Counted from the stretch's first letter, positions 22,010-31,079 are shown. The stretch: 64,000 nucleotides of DNA from Ramlibacter sp. (GCA_019635435.1 JAHBZM010000001.1:2128587-2192586); one strand, 5' to 3'. Numbers and translations: made by a program. The notes: generated by a model not told the origin, from the sequence alone.

Positions 22010-23542
22010 TTAACCCGGGGAAATGGGGGAAGCTGTTTCCTGGCGTTGCAGGGTGGCCGCCGCCAGGAAAGCCGCCGCCACCATGATCAAGGCGCTCAGG
22101 GCCGCGCATGCCCGCAGGCCCTGCACAAAGGCCAGCCGGGCCGCGCCCTGCAGGGCCGGACCGGCGGGCTCGGGCCACTGCGCCGCGAGCGCCAGCGCGC
22201 CGCCCACGGTGCTGCGCGCGGCTTCGATGGCCATGGCCGACAGACCCGGCGGCAGCGCGTCGGCCATGGCGTTGCGGTAAATGGCCGCGGCGACGCTGCC
22301 CAGCACGGCAATGCCCAGCGCGCCGCCAAACTCGCTGCTGGTCTCTGACAGGGCGGAGGCCGCCCCCGTGCGCTCAGGCGGCGCGGTGCTGATCACCACG
22401 TCGGTGGTCAGGGCCACCACGGGTGACAGGCCCAGTGCAAACACCACCGTGCCGGCCACCAGCAGCGCCAGTGCCTGGGTGTCCACCTGGCTGATCATGG
22501 CAAAACCCAGGGCGCCCATGACCAGGCCGCCCACCATCACGCGCGGCGTGCCCAGCCGGCGCACCAGCAGCGGCACCACGAATGACCCCGCAATGAAGCC
22601 CAGCGCCGAGGGCAGCGTCCACAGCCCGGCCTGCAGCGGCGCCATGCCCAGCACCAGTTGCAGGTACTGCGCCTCGTAGAGAAATGCCGCAAACATGGCA
22701 AAGAAGCTCAGGATGTTGATCAGCAGCGCCGCGCCAAAGCCCGGCCGGCGCAGCAGGGCCAGGTCAATCAGCGGCACGGCCAGCCGCTGCTGGCGCACCA
22801 CAAACAGCGCGCCCAGCAGCAGCCCGGTGGCCATGGCCAGCAGGCCCAGGGGCGTGACCCCGTGCTCGGCCATGCGCTTCATGCCAAAAATGATGCTGAG
22901 CACCGCGGCCATGGACAGCGCGGCGCTGGCAATGTCGAGCCGGCCAGCATGCGGGTCGCGGAACTCGGGCAGCAGCAGCGGCCCCAGCACCAGCAGCAGC
23001 ACCATAACGGGCACCGCGAGCAGGAACACCGCCTGCCAGCTGAAGTGCGCCAGCACCACGCCGCCGAGCAGCGGGCCGATGGCGCCGCCGGTGGAAAAGC
23101 TGGCAATCCACACCCCAATCGCAATGCGCCGCTCATGCGGGTCGTGGAACATGTTGCGGATCAGCGAGAGCGTGGACGGCGCCAGTGTGGCGCCCGCCAC
23201 GCCCAGCAGTGCGCGCGCGGCAATCAGCATGTTGGCGCTGTGCGAGAGCGCCGCCAGCACCGAGGCCACGCCAAAGGCCGCCGCGCCAATCATCAGCAGG
23301 CGGCGCCGGCCGATGCGGTCGCCCAGCGTGCCCATGGTGATGAGCGAGCCCGCGACCAGAAAGCCGTAGATGTCCACGATCCACAGCATCTGCGCGGCGC
23401 TGGGTTTGAGGTCGGCGGTGATGGCCGGAATGGCCAGGTTCAGCACCGACAGGTCCATCGCGTACAGCAGGCAGGGCAGGGCGATCACGGCCAGGCCGAT
23501 CCACTCGCGGCGGCTGGCCTGCGGGCCGGGCAGGGGGGCCAT
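22010..23542 (-). CDS. MFS transporter (DHA2-like, 14 TMS)
   Basis: Start trimmed to MAPLPGP, which abuts the stop of the upstream lipoprotein gene. Confidence 0.8.
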   Translation of the reverse strand: MAPLPGPQASRREWIGLAVIALPCLLYAMDLSVLNLAIPAITADLKPSAAQMLWIVDIYGFLVAGSLITMGTLGDRIGRRRLLMIGAAAFGVASVLAALSHSANMLIAARALLGVAGATLAPSTLSLIRNMFHDPHERRIAIGVWIASFSTGGAIGPLLGGVVLAHFSWQAVFLLAVPVMVLLLVLGPLLLPEFRDPHAGRLDIASAALSMAAVLSIIFGMKRMAEHGVTPLGLLAMATGLLLGALFVVRQQRLAVPLIDLALLRRPGFGAALLINILSFFAMFAAFLYEAQYLQLVLGMAPLQAGLWTLPSALGFIAGSFVVPLLVRRLGTPRVMVGGLVMGALGFAMISQVDTQALALLVAGTVVFALGLSPVVALTTDVVISTAPPERTGAASALSETSSEFGGALGIAVLGSVAAAIYRNAMADALPPGLSAMAIEAARSTVGGALALAAQWPEPAGPALQGAARLAFVQGLRACAALSALIMVAAAFLAAATLQRQETASPISPG

Positions 23543-23546
23543 GCGC

Positions 23547-24023
23547 TTACTTGAGGGGGATAACCGTGCCCGGCGGCAGCGCCACGGCGGTGACCGCGTT
23601 TTGCGGCGAGCCTTCAATCACGCGGTCGGAGTAGGTGAGGTAAACCAGCGTGTTGCGCCTGGTGTCGACCATGCGGATCACGCGCAGCTTCTTGAACACC
23701 AGCGAGATGCGTTCGCTGAACATCTCTTCCTGCTTGTCCAGCGGCTTGCCCGTGGGGAAGGTGATGGGGCCGGTCTGGCGGCAGGCAATCGACGCCTCGG
23801 CCTTGTCCTCGGCCAGGCCCAGCCCGCCCTTGATGCCGCCGGTCTTGGCGCGCGACACATAGCAGGTCACGCCGCCGACCTTGGGGTCGTCATAGGCGTC
23901 GACCACGATCTTGTGGTCGGGCCCGAAGAACTTGAACACCGTGTCGACTTCGCCGACCGATTCGCCGCCGGCCTTGCCGCAGGCGGCCAGCAGCAGCGCG
24001 ATCATGAGGCTGTATTTTTTCAT
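23547..24023 (-). CDS. CreA-family lipoprotein
   Basis: Lipobox LLAAC, about 158 aa, with a CreA-like sequence. Confidence 0.55.
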   Translation of the reverse strand: MKKYSLMIALLLAACGKAGGESVGEVDTVFKFFGPDHKIVVDAYDDPKVGGVTCYVSRAKTGGIKGGLGLAEDKAEASIACRQTGPITFPTGKPLDKQEEMFSERISLVFKKLRVIRMVDTRRNTLVYLTYSDRVIEGSPQNAVTAVALPPGTVIPLK

Positions 24024-24463
24024 CCCTCTGTCCTGGTTGGGGGAAACAGCCTTGGACTGTAGCGGCTTTGCCGCCGGGGCGTCAGAGCAGGCCGCGTGCG
24101 TCGGCGGCGCGGATGACCTGCATCAACTCGTCCACATCATCGGCCGTGGCCAGCGGCTTGCTGAGCGCCTGCTGCAGGTGGCGCGGCAGGCGCAGCGGCG
24201 GCGGTGGCCGGGTGGGCCGGGTCTGGGTGCTGGCGTCGGCATGGGCCGGCTCGGGGGTGGGGTACAGAAAAATCATGGCGTGCTTTCAAATCATCAATGG
24301 CTTGATGATGCGAGGCGCGCCGGGGCGCTCTGGTAGGCGGGGCGGGTATTTGGCTGTCAGCTTCGTCGGGTGGGCTTGTAGGCGATTGGCTTACTTTGCA
24401 GGCGGCTAGCCGGGGTGGGCGGCCCTTATGGATTCCTGACGCTTCCCCTGCCACACTTCGGTC

Positions 24464-25963
24464 ATGTTCACCGAATTCACGGGGCGACCGACCACGCGCA
24501 GCGCAGCCGCATTGTCGGCGGTGGGCCTTCTGGGGCTGGCGACCTTGCTGGCTTTCTGCCTGGATTCGCAGGTGTCGCTCACCAGCCTGGCCATGGTGTA
24601 CCTGCTGGCCGTGGTGGTGGCGGCGTATCTTCTGGACTGGGTGGCTTCGGCCGCCACGGCGGTGGCGGCTGTCACGGCACTCAATTTCCTCTTTGTTCCG
24701 CCGCGCTGGACGTTCGAAGTGGAGAGCCGGGATCATCTGATTGCGCTCTCCGCGATGTTGGTGGTGTCTCTGGTCATCAGCCATCTGGCGCGTGGGCTGC
24801 GGCGCGAGGCGGCGCTGGCCCGGCTCAACGAGCAGCGCGCGCAGCAACTCCAGTGGCTGGCAACCGAGCTGGGTGCCGCTCAAACCCCTCAGGAGGTGTG
24901 TGAGTTGGGGCGGCGGGCCTTGCTGCAGGCCTTCGCCGGGCCGGTGCTGCTGGTCGGGCTGGATCCTGATGGCTCGATGCAGACCGAACCGTCCGTTCCT
25001 TCTCTGGTGCGCCAGGGGCTGCAGCAATGCGTCAAGGAGAACGCCGTTCTGGGGCCGGGTACGGGTCGCTGGCCGGGTCTGAATGCCTGGTACCTGCCCA
25101 TGGGAAATGCCGAGGAGACGCTGGGCGTGGTGCAGGTTCAGCCCGCCCGGGCTGGCGACAACGAGGGCCGCCTGCATGCCGCCGCGCTGGTCGCGCTTTT
25201 GGGCCAGGCCCTGCTGCGGCTGAGGTTGAACAGGGCGGTGCTGGCGGCCCAGGGCGAAGCGCAGCGCCAGCATTTGCTCAACACCTTTTTGGCGGCGATT
25301 TCCCATGATCTTCGCACCCCCCTGGCCGCGATCACGGGGGCGGCCACTTCCCTGCAGACTCAGGGCGAGCGCTTGTCGCATGCCAGTCGGGAACGGCTCA
25401 TGGGCAGCATCGTGAGTGAGGCCACCTACCTCAATACCCTGGCAGAAAACACGCTGCACCTCACGCGCCTGACCTCGCAACAGACCATGTTGCCCCTGCA
25501 GTGGGAGTCGCTGGAGGAGCTGGTTGGCACGGCGGTGGCGCGCATTCGCCAGCGTGACCCCGATCGACGCATCAGCACAAGGGTCCAGCCCGGCCTGCCG
25601 CTGGTGCGCGCGGAACCGGTGCTGATGGGGCGGCTGCTGGCCAATCTGCTCGACAACGCGCTTCACTACAGCGACGGTCCGGTGGAGGTGACCGCGCAGG
25701 CGGGGCCGGCGGAACTCAGCCTCTGCGTCAAGGACAGGGGCCGCGGATTGACCGAAGAGCTCAAGGCCAGATTGTTCCTGCCCTTCAGCCGTGGCGACCA
25801 CACAGGCCTGCGCGGGGCTGGGTTGGGGCTGGCGGTGTGCCATGCCATTGCCAGTGCCCATGGCGGACGCCTGAGTGCACGCAATCGCAAGGGCGGTGGC
25901 GCGGCATTCTGTCTGACGCTGACACTTGAGCCTCAACCTGATCTGTCAGAGGCCATGCCGTGA
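24464..25963 (+). CDS. sensor histidine kinase, KdpD-like but lacking the N-terminal KdpD/Usp sensing domains
   Basis: Aligns with E. coli KdpD from the 4-TM segment onward (LAMVYLLAVVVAA / FVPPRWT), followed by GAF-like, HisKA (ISHDLRTPL) and HATPase domains. No N-terminal P-loop domain. Confidence 0.8.
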   Translation: MFTEFTGRPTTRSAAALSAVGLLGLATLLAFCLDSQVSLTSLAMVYLLAVVVAAYLLDWVASAATAVAAVTALNFLFVPPRWTFEVESRDHLIALSAMLVVSLVISHLARGLRREAALARLNEQRAQQLQWLATELGAAQTPQEVCELGRRALLQAFAGPVLLVGLDPDGSMQTEPSVPSLVRQGLQQCVKENAVLGPGTGRWPGLNAWYLPMGNAEETLGVVQVQPARAGDNEGRLHAAALVALLGQALLRLRLNRAVLAAQGEAQRQHLLNTFLAAISHDLRTPLAAITGAATSLQTQGERLSHASRERLMGSIVSEATYLNTLAENTLHLTRLTSQQTMLPLQWESLEELVGTAVARIRQRDPDRRISTRVQPGLPLVRAEPVLMGRLLANLLDNALHYSDGPVEVTAQAGPAELSLCVKDRGRGLTEELKARLFLPFSRGDHTGLRGAGLGLAVCHAIASAHGGRLSARNRKGGGAAFCLTLTLEPQPDLSEAMP

Positions 25964-26646
25964 AGCTGCGTGTGTTGCTGGTCGAGGACGATCCGCATGT
26001 CAGGGGGTTCATGCAGGAAGCCCTGTCGGTGGAGGGGTTCGAGGTCCTGACGGCGGCCTCGCTGAGCGAGGCGCAGGCCATGTTCCGGCACGGGGGTGTC
26101 GGCCTGATCCTGCTGGACCTGGGGCTGCCTGACGGCGACGGCGAAGTGCTGTTGCGCGAGATGCGCCAGCAAGGCAACCTGCCGGTCATCGTGGTCTCGG
26201 CGCGTGACCAGGAAGCGCAGAAGATTCAACTGCTCGACGCAGGCGCTGATGATTTCCTGACCAAGCCGTTCAGCGTGGGGGAATTGCTGGCTCGCATCCG
26301 GGTGAGCCTGAGGCACCGCGGCACCGCGCTATTGCCAGCCGTCACGCTGCACGCGCTTGATGATTTGCGCGTGGATCTGCAAAGACATGTGGTGTGCCTC
26401 AACGATGCCCCGGTTCACCTGACGCCCACCGAGTACCGGCTGCTGGCCCGCCTGGTCCGCCAGGCCGGACGCGTGGTCACGCACCGGCAACTGCTGGCTG
26501 ACGTCTGGGGCGCCGAGTTCACCGAGCACACACACTACCTGCGGCTGTACATGGCCCAGCTTCGAGCCAAGCTGGAGCGCAATCCGGCCGAGCCGCGCCA
26601 CCTGCTGACCGAGGCCGGCGTGGGCTACCGGCTGGCGGACACCTGA
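25960..26646 (+). CDS. kdpE: OmpR-family response regulator, KdpE-like
   Basis: REC domain plus winged-helix domain. Overlaps the kinase stop. Confidence 0.8.
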   Translation: MKLRVLLVEDDPHVRGFMQEALSVEGFEVLTAASLSEAQAMFRHGGVGLILLDLGLPDGDGEVLLREMRQQGNLPVIVVSARDQEAQKIQLLDAGADDFLTKPFSVGELLARIRVSLRHRGTALLPAVTLHALDDLRVDLQRHVVCLNDAPVHLTPTEYRLLARLVRQAGRVVTHRQLLADVWGAEFTEHTHYLRLYMAQLRAKLERNPAEPRHLLTEAGVGYRLADT

Positions 26647-26678
26647 GCCGCCCGCTGCTGCCCGCCCTTATGCTTTCC

Positions 26679-26695
26679 TGACACCCGGGGTGTCA
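26679..26695. promoter_or_regulatory. perfect inverted repeat TGACACCC-G-GGGTGTCA upstream of kup
   Basis: 8-bp arms with a 1-nt spacer, centred about 40 bp upstream of the kup start. Confidence 0.35.
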
Positions 26696-26726
26696 CATTG
26701 AAAGTCTTGCAACTTCCAGGGCATTC

Positions 26727-28625
26727 ATGAGCGACTCCCTCGTTTCCCCAGCTGACAGGCAACCCTCGGGGCGGGCACTGGGCATCCTGATGCTCGGCGC
26801 GTTGGGCGTCGTCTATGGCGACATTGGCACCAGCCCGCTTTACACCATGAAGGAGATATTTGGCGTGGCCAAGGTCCCCCTGGACGCGGCGCATATCGTG
26901 GGGGCCGTTTCCACCATTGTCTGGGGCCTGCTCATGGTGGTGACGCTCAAGTACGTCGTGCTGGTTCTGCGGGCCAACAACCGGGGCGAAGGCGGCGTTC
27001 TGGCACTGGCTGCCCTGGCTGCCCAGTCGGTGGGTGGCAAGAGCCAGCGACGGGCGGGATTGCTGCTGTTGGGCATGGCGGGCGCCGCGCTGTTTTACGG
27101 CGACAGCGTGATCACCCCGGCAATCTCGGTGCTCAGTGCAGTGGAAGGCCTGGAAATTGTGACGCCGTTGCTCAAGCCCTATGTCCTGCCGGTATCAATG
27201 GCCGTGCTGATCGCGCTGTTTGCCGTGCAGCGCCGGGGGACCGCGCGGGTGGGGCGCCTGTTTGGTCCCGTCATCCTGTTGTGGTTTGCGGTGTTGGCGT
27301 TCACCGGTGGGGTGCAGGTTGCGCGGCAGCCAGGGATATTGTGGGCACTCAACCCGCTTGAGGCGCTGGCCTTCCTGCGTGGACAGGGCTGGCATGTATT
27401 TGCGGCTGTCGGTGCCATCGTCCTGGCCTTTACCGGGGCCGAGACGCTTTACGCCGACATGGGGCACTTTGGCAAGCGGCCGGTCCGGTGGGCCTGGTCG
27501 GGCTACGTGCTTCCTGCACTGGCATTGCAGTACATGGGGCAGGGCGCACTGCTCATGCGGGATGCCTCGGCGCTGGAGAACCCCTTTTACCGGATGTTTC
27601 CCCAGGAGTGGCTGCTGCCCGCGGTGGCGCTGGCGACGCTGGCCACGGTGATTGCGTCGCAGGCCGTGATCTCGGGCGCGTATTCCATGACCCGCCAGGC
27701 GGTCCAGCTTGGCCTGCTGCCCCGCATGAAGGTGATCTATACATCCGCCAGAGATGCCGGGCAGATATACATGCCCCAGGTCAACTGGGTGCTGCTGGCG
27801 GCCGTGCTGGCCGCCGTGCTGGGCTTTGGCAGTTCCAGCGCGCTGGCTTCTGCCTATGGCATTGCCGTGACACTGACCATGTTCATCACCACCGTGCTGA
27901 CCTTCTTTGTGGTGCGCCATGGCTGGGGCTATCCCCTGCCACTGGCGCTGGGGGCGACGGGCGCCTTCCTGGCACTGGACGCACTGCTGGTGGCCTCTTG
28001 CGCGCTCAAGTTTCCGGAAGGGGGCTGGTTCCCCATTGCCGCTGGTATTGCCATCGTCCTGGTGATGACGACTTGGCGACGCGGGCGCGAAATTCTTCTG
28101 GACACCATTCGTCGCGATGATCCCGACCTTCAGCAATTCGTTCGTGGACTGGCAGGGAGTTTTCCGCAACGCGTGCCGCGAACCGCCGTCTATGCCGTGG
28201 CCAATCCAGACACCGTCCCCCAGGCCCTCATGCACAACCTCAAGCACAACCAGGTGCTTCACGAGCGCAACCTGATCCTGAATGTGGTGTTCCATGAGGT
28301 GCCGTGGATTCCTTTTGGCGAGAGGGTCAAGGTCACACCACTGGAGCCCGGCTTCTGGCGGGTGGAGGTGCACTATGGTTTCAAGAATATTCCGGACATC
28401 CCCCAGGCCCTCTCGCTATGTGCTGCCCAGGGCGTGGACATCAACCTGTTTGAAACGTCGTACTTCCTGAGCCGGGAAATCATCGTGCCCACCCGGGGGC
28501 CTGGCATGGCTGGCTGGCGTGAGGCGCTCTTCGCCCTGATGTCCCGCAACGCGGGCAATGCGGCGGACTTCTTCCGCTTGCCGGGCAATTGCGTGATCGA
28601 GTTGGGAACCCGGGTTCAGATCTGA
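26727..28625 (+). CDS. kup: KUP/HAK/KT-family potassium uptake protein
   Basis: 632 aa with the N-terminal [13 protein letters not shown] signature. Confidence 0.9.
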   Translation: MSDSLVSPADRQPSGRALGILMLGALGVVYGDIGTSPLYTMKEIFGVAKVPLDAAHIVGAVSTIVWGLLMVVTLKYVVLVLRANNRGEGGVLALAALAAQSVGGKSQRRAGLLLLGMAGAALFYGDSVITPAISVLSAVEGLEIVTPLLKPYVLPVSMAVLIALFAVQRRGTARVGRLFGPVILLWFAVLAFTGGVQVARQPGILWALNPLEALAFLRGQGWHVFAAVGAIVLAFTGAETLYADMGHFGKRPVRWAWSGYVLPALALQYMGQGALLMRDASALENPFYRMFPQEWLLPAVALATLATVIASQAVISGAYSMTRQAVQLGLLPRMKVIYTSARDAGQIYMPQVNWVLLAAVLAAVLGFGSSSALASAYGIAVTLTMFITTVLTFFVVRHGWGYPLPLALGATGAFLALDALLVASCALKFPEGGWFPIAAGIAIVLVMTTWRRGREILLDTIRRDDPDLQQFVRGLAGSFPQRVPRTAVYAVANPDTVPQALMHNLKHNQVLHERNLILNVVFHEVPWIPFGERVKVTPLEPGFWRVEVHYGFKNIPDIPQALSLCAAQGVDINLFETSYFLSREIIVPTRGPGMAGWREALFALMSRNAGNAADFFRLPGNCVIELGTRVQI

Positions 28626-28627
28626 CG
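28581..28627 (+). repeat. direct repeat DR-L (native kup 3' terminus)
   Basis: CCGGGCAATTGCGTGATCGAGTTGGGAACCCGGGTTCAGATCTGACG. Confidence 0.7.
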
Positions 28628-28684
28628 GCACTACGCAACATCTGGCGTGAGCACTGGAGGTCAACCACAGGGCAGGTCGGCATA

Positions 28685-29065
28685 TCAAGTTTCGAGCGGT
28701 GGTTTGGCGGCCTCTTTCAAGCAACGCGTCATGTCCCGCTTGCGCTTCGCATTGGCTGCGCGCCAGGCGCTTCTGGCTAGTTCCACAAATCGATCCTCGG
28801 CAATATCAGGCGCGCGGGCTGTGCCCCGGTCCTGATCGAGCCAGCCCGTCGGTTGGCGGGCGTGGTGTTCGATCTGCCTGGCCAGCTTGTCGCTGATGGG
28901 GCGGGCACTCTTGATCTGGCTCCACATGCTGGGCGAGATTTCCAGCAGGGCGGCAAATGTCTGGTCCAGGCCCTTGGGTGCGTCGCCGGCCGCAATGCGC
29001 TCCTGCAAAAAGGTCTGGTAGAGCGCGACCACATTGGCGCGGCGGGTAACGGTGGTTGGGGGCAC
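28685..29065 (-). CDS. XRE-family (Cro/CI-like) helix-turn-helix regulator
   Basis: HTH-like segment FAALLEISPSMWSQIKSARPISDKLARQIEHHARQPTGWLD. GTG start. Divergent from the small-ORF unit and the tRNA array. Confidence 0.5.
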   Translation of the reverse strand: MPPTTVTRRANVVALYQTFLQERIAAGDAPKGLDQTFAALLEISPSMWSQIKSARPISDKLARQIEHHARQPTGWLDQDRGTARAPDIAEDRFVELARSAWRAANAKRKRDMTRCLKEAAKPPLET

Positions 29066-29110
29066 GTGTGGAAAAGCTGCAACAGCGGAAAAATTAATTG
29101 TCTCCGGTGT

Positions 29111-29145
29111 TGACCGGATCGTAAAGACTCTTTACAGTTCGCCCA
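29111..29145 (+). promoter_or_regulatory. sigma70-like promoter (TTGACC-N17-TACAGT) in the AT-rich stretch
   Basis: Lies 45 nt upstream of the small ORF's RBS. Confidence 0.35.
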
Positions 29146-29191
29146 CTGCCTGAAACGGCATGACCATTTTTATCAACACAAGGAACCGATC

Positions 29192-29323
29192 GTGATCACC
29201 AAGCCCGCATTCACAACCAGCTTGACCCATTTGGGTCGGCGTGCGTTGGTATGCGCCACGTTCATCCAGCCATGGATGAATGGCCGCGAGGATCGCCCTT
29301 TTCCGGGAATGGAAGACGTGTAG
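29192..29323 (+). CDS. small ORF (43 aa) with a strong RBS, followed by an intrinsic terminator
   Basis: AAGGAA RBS 6 nt before the GTG. Peptide MITKPAFTTSLTHLGRRALVCATFIQPWMNGREDRPFPGMEDV. The terminator lies about 30 nt downstream. No homology recognised. Confidence 0.35.
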   Translation: MITKPAFTTSLTHLGRRALVCATFIQPWMNGREDRPFPGMEDV

Positions 29324-29352
29324 ACGCTTCTTCCATCAGCTCTTTCGAGAGG

Positions 29353-29392
29353 CCCGGATTCCACAAGGATCCGGGCCTTTTTTTTCGCTCCT
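29353..29392 (+). terminator. intrinsic terminator (GGCCCGGAT-N8-ATCCGGGCC followed by T8)
   Basis: A perfect 9-bp GC-rich stem is immediately followed by TTTTTTTT. Confidence 0.75.
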
Positions 29393-29700
29393 TTTGGGGG
29401 TGCTTGCAGTGATCGCGCTGCAAGTCGCTGCGTCATGGCGCGGCGAATTGATCTTTAACAAGTTGCCGCGGGGCAGCGCCGGTACTGGCCGGACGCGAGC
29501 TCCGCAGAAAGAAGTGGATGCCGGTCTCATGCCGGTCATCTGCTCCATTTCGGGTGTGCCTATGCACCACCGTCGCCGCGCTGCCCTGGAGTGGGTGCGA
29601 CGGGATGTGCAGGGTGTCGCTCACCGTTGTGCAGCGAGGCTCACAGGCGGCGTCATGCCGTCTGCTCGCGCGTAGACACAGCCGAAATGGAGAAGCATTC

Positions 29701-29778
29701 GCCCCGTTAGCCCAGTGGAATCAGAGCACTGGCCTACGAACCCAGGGGTCGCACGTTCGAATCGTGCATGGGGCACCA
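29701..29778 (+). tRNA. tRNA-Arg(ACG)-like, with C12-A23 and C31-C39 stem mismatches; CCA encoded
   Basis: Hand-folded cloverleaf. Acceptor GCCCCGT/ATGGGGC, T-arm GCACG-TTCGAAT-CGTGC, anticodon loop CTACGAA identical to that of E. coli tRNA-Arg(ACG), discriminator A. Confidence 0.65.
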
Positions 29779-29785
29779 GATCAAA

Positions 29786-29863
29786 GTCGTGTTCGTCTAG
29801 ATGGCCAAGGACACCTGAATTTCAATCAGGAGATCGCGGGTTCGACTCCCGCACACGACGCCA
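29786..29863 (+). tRNA. tRNA-Glu(TTC); CCA encoded
   Basis: Lies 7 nt after the previous tRNA. Glu-type D-arm GTCTAGATGGCCAAGGAC, anticodon loop ATTTCAA, T-arm GCGGG-TTCGACT-CCCGC, discriminator G. Confidence 0.7.
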
Positions 29864-29954
29864 TCAAGACCAGAGCGAGCCCTCAGTAATGAGAGCTTGC
29901 GGAAACCGGTCGCAAAGATTGGGCGGCACCGGAACCCGTCACCGGAAATTCAGA

Positions 29955-30030
29955 GGTCCGTTAGCTCAGTGGCCAGAGTGGTTCCCTGTCGAGGAACAAG
30001 TCGCGGGTTCGACTCCCGCACGGACCGCCA
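29955..30030 (+). tRNA. tRNA-Asp(GTC); CCA encoded
   Basis: Acceptor GGTCCGT/ACGGACC, D-arm GCTC-AGTGGCCA-GAGT, anticodon stem GTTCC/GGAAC with loop CTGTCGA (G37), T-arm GCGGG-TTCGACT-CCCGC. Confidence 0.7.
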
Positions 30031-30075
30031 ATTCCGAGAACATCAACCAACCCGTTAACTTCCAAGGAGGACGAC

Positions 30076-30249
30076 ATGAAACGGCAACACACCGGCGAAC
30101 AGCCGCAACGCCAACCGGTCGTCGCCTTGGCGAGGAACCGAATGGCTTGGGCCAGGCTCTGGCGCGCCACGAAGCAGTGGCGCCGCCGCATGGTCGAAGC
30201 GGACGATGCCGACCTGGCACAGCGCGTTCGCCTGAGTGGCGAATGGTGA
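30076..30249 (+). CDS. small basic ORF (57 aa) with a strong Shine-Dalgarno, just upstream of the HNH gene
   Basis: AAGGAGG sits 6 nt before the ATG. The peptide MKRQHTGEQPQRQPVVALARNRMAWARLWRATKQWRRRMVEADDADLAQRVRLSGEW is Arg/Trp-rich. It falls below the ORF-track length cut-off. Confidence 0.3.
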   Translation: MKRQHTGEQPQRQPVVALARNRMAWARLWRATKQWRRRMVEADDADLAQRVRLSGEW

Positions 30250-30304
30250 GAGCAATGGTCCACCGTTTGACGAAAAAAAATTTTAGCAACGAAAGGAAAG
30301 CATC

Positions 30305-30868
30305 ATGCAAGCGCATGTCCTGCAACTCGATATCCAGGGAACCCCTCAGGCCTGGATTTCGCTGGAACAGGCCGCGCTGCATTACGCCACCGACGGCGTG
30401 GCGTGGGAAGACGGAGCAGGCCCTCTGGCCACCCTGCGTGGCGGCTGGAGCGTGGCGCGGGGTGTGCAGTCCACGCTGGCGGTGCACCCCATCATCGCCC
30501 TGCGCGGCTCGCCCCGACGCAACCTGTTTGATGTGGTGCCTGGCTTCAGCAAGTCCAAGCTGCTGCGGCGCGACCGTTTCACCTGCGCGTACTGCGCGCG
30601 GGTGTTTGCCGAGCGCGACCTGCAGTGCGAGCACATCCTGCCCGCATCGCGGGGGGGTGCGTGGTCGTGGATGAACCTGGTCACGGCCTGCGCCGCGTGC
30701 AATGGCCGCAAGGCCGACCGCACGCCCGAGGAGGCGGGCATGCCCCTGGTGTACCTGCCCTATGTGCCGACCCGCTTTGAGGATTTTCTTCTGGTGGGCC
30801 GCAACATCCGGGCCGACGTGCACCTGTGGCTGGCCTCTCGCCTGCCCAAAGGATCGCGACTGAACTGA
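30305..30868 (+). CDS. HNH endonuclease
   Basis: HNH motif CAYCARVF...CEHILPASRGG...NLVTACAACNGRK (paired CxxC and a catalytic His). 187 aa. Confidence 0.8.
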   Translation: MQAHVLQLDIQGTPQAWISLEQAALHYATDGVAWEDGAGPLATLRGGWSVARGVQSTLAVHPIIALRGSPRRNLFDVVPGFSKSKLLRRDRFTCAYCARVFAERDLQCEHILPASRGGAWSWMNLVTACAACNGRKADRTPEEAGMPLVYLPYVPTRFEDFLLVGRNIRADVHLWLASRLPKGSRLN

Positions 30869-31022
30869 GGCTGTCCACAGTCAGAGTTCAGCCCACACAT
30901 CTTCCGCAGAAGGCGAACGCTCACAGGAGCGGGGTTGGGGCAAAGGCCCGCCCCGCCGGTGTCATTGCCCGGGCCTGGCCCGTGGGCGGGTGACATGCCG
31001 CACCGCCGGAAACGGTTGATAC

Positions 31023-31076
31023 GGGTGATGTGGGGATACCTCCTCGACGAGCCGGGTTCGACTCCCGGATCACCCA
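31023..31076 (+). ncRNA. truncated tRNA-like element: 7-bp acceptor stem plus canonical T-arm, with D and anticodon arms replaced by one short hairpin (54 nt)
   Basis: GGGTGAT...ATCACCC acceptor pairing; T-arm CCGGG-TTCGACT-CCCGG; discriminator A; no CCA. It abuts the next tRNA, 3 nt away. It could be a tRNA pseudogene remnant or a tRNA-mimic RNA. Confidence 0.4.
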
Positions 31077-31079
31077 CCC

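Noticed and set aside
24068-24463. Remnant of the missing KdpD N-terminal domain upstream of the truncated kinase
   Set aside because: Only about 400 bp separates the lipoprotein gene from the kinase start. The 64-aa minus-strand ORF there (24082-24276) shows no KdpD-like sequence. No remnant is evident.
24137-25936. 599-aa ORF antisense to the sensor kinase gene
   Set aside because: Arg/Gly/Gln-rich translation inside a strongly supported kinase gene.
29715-30674. 319-aa plus-strand ORF spanning the tRNA genes
   Set aside because: It reads through three well-folded tRNA genes and the HNH gene in a different frame. It has no start context and is rejected in favour of the tRNA and HNH calls.
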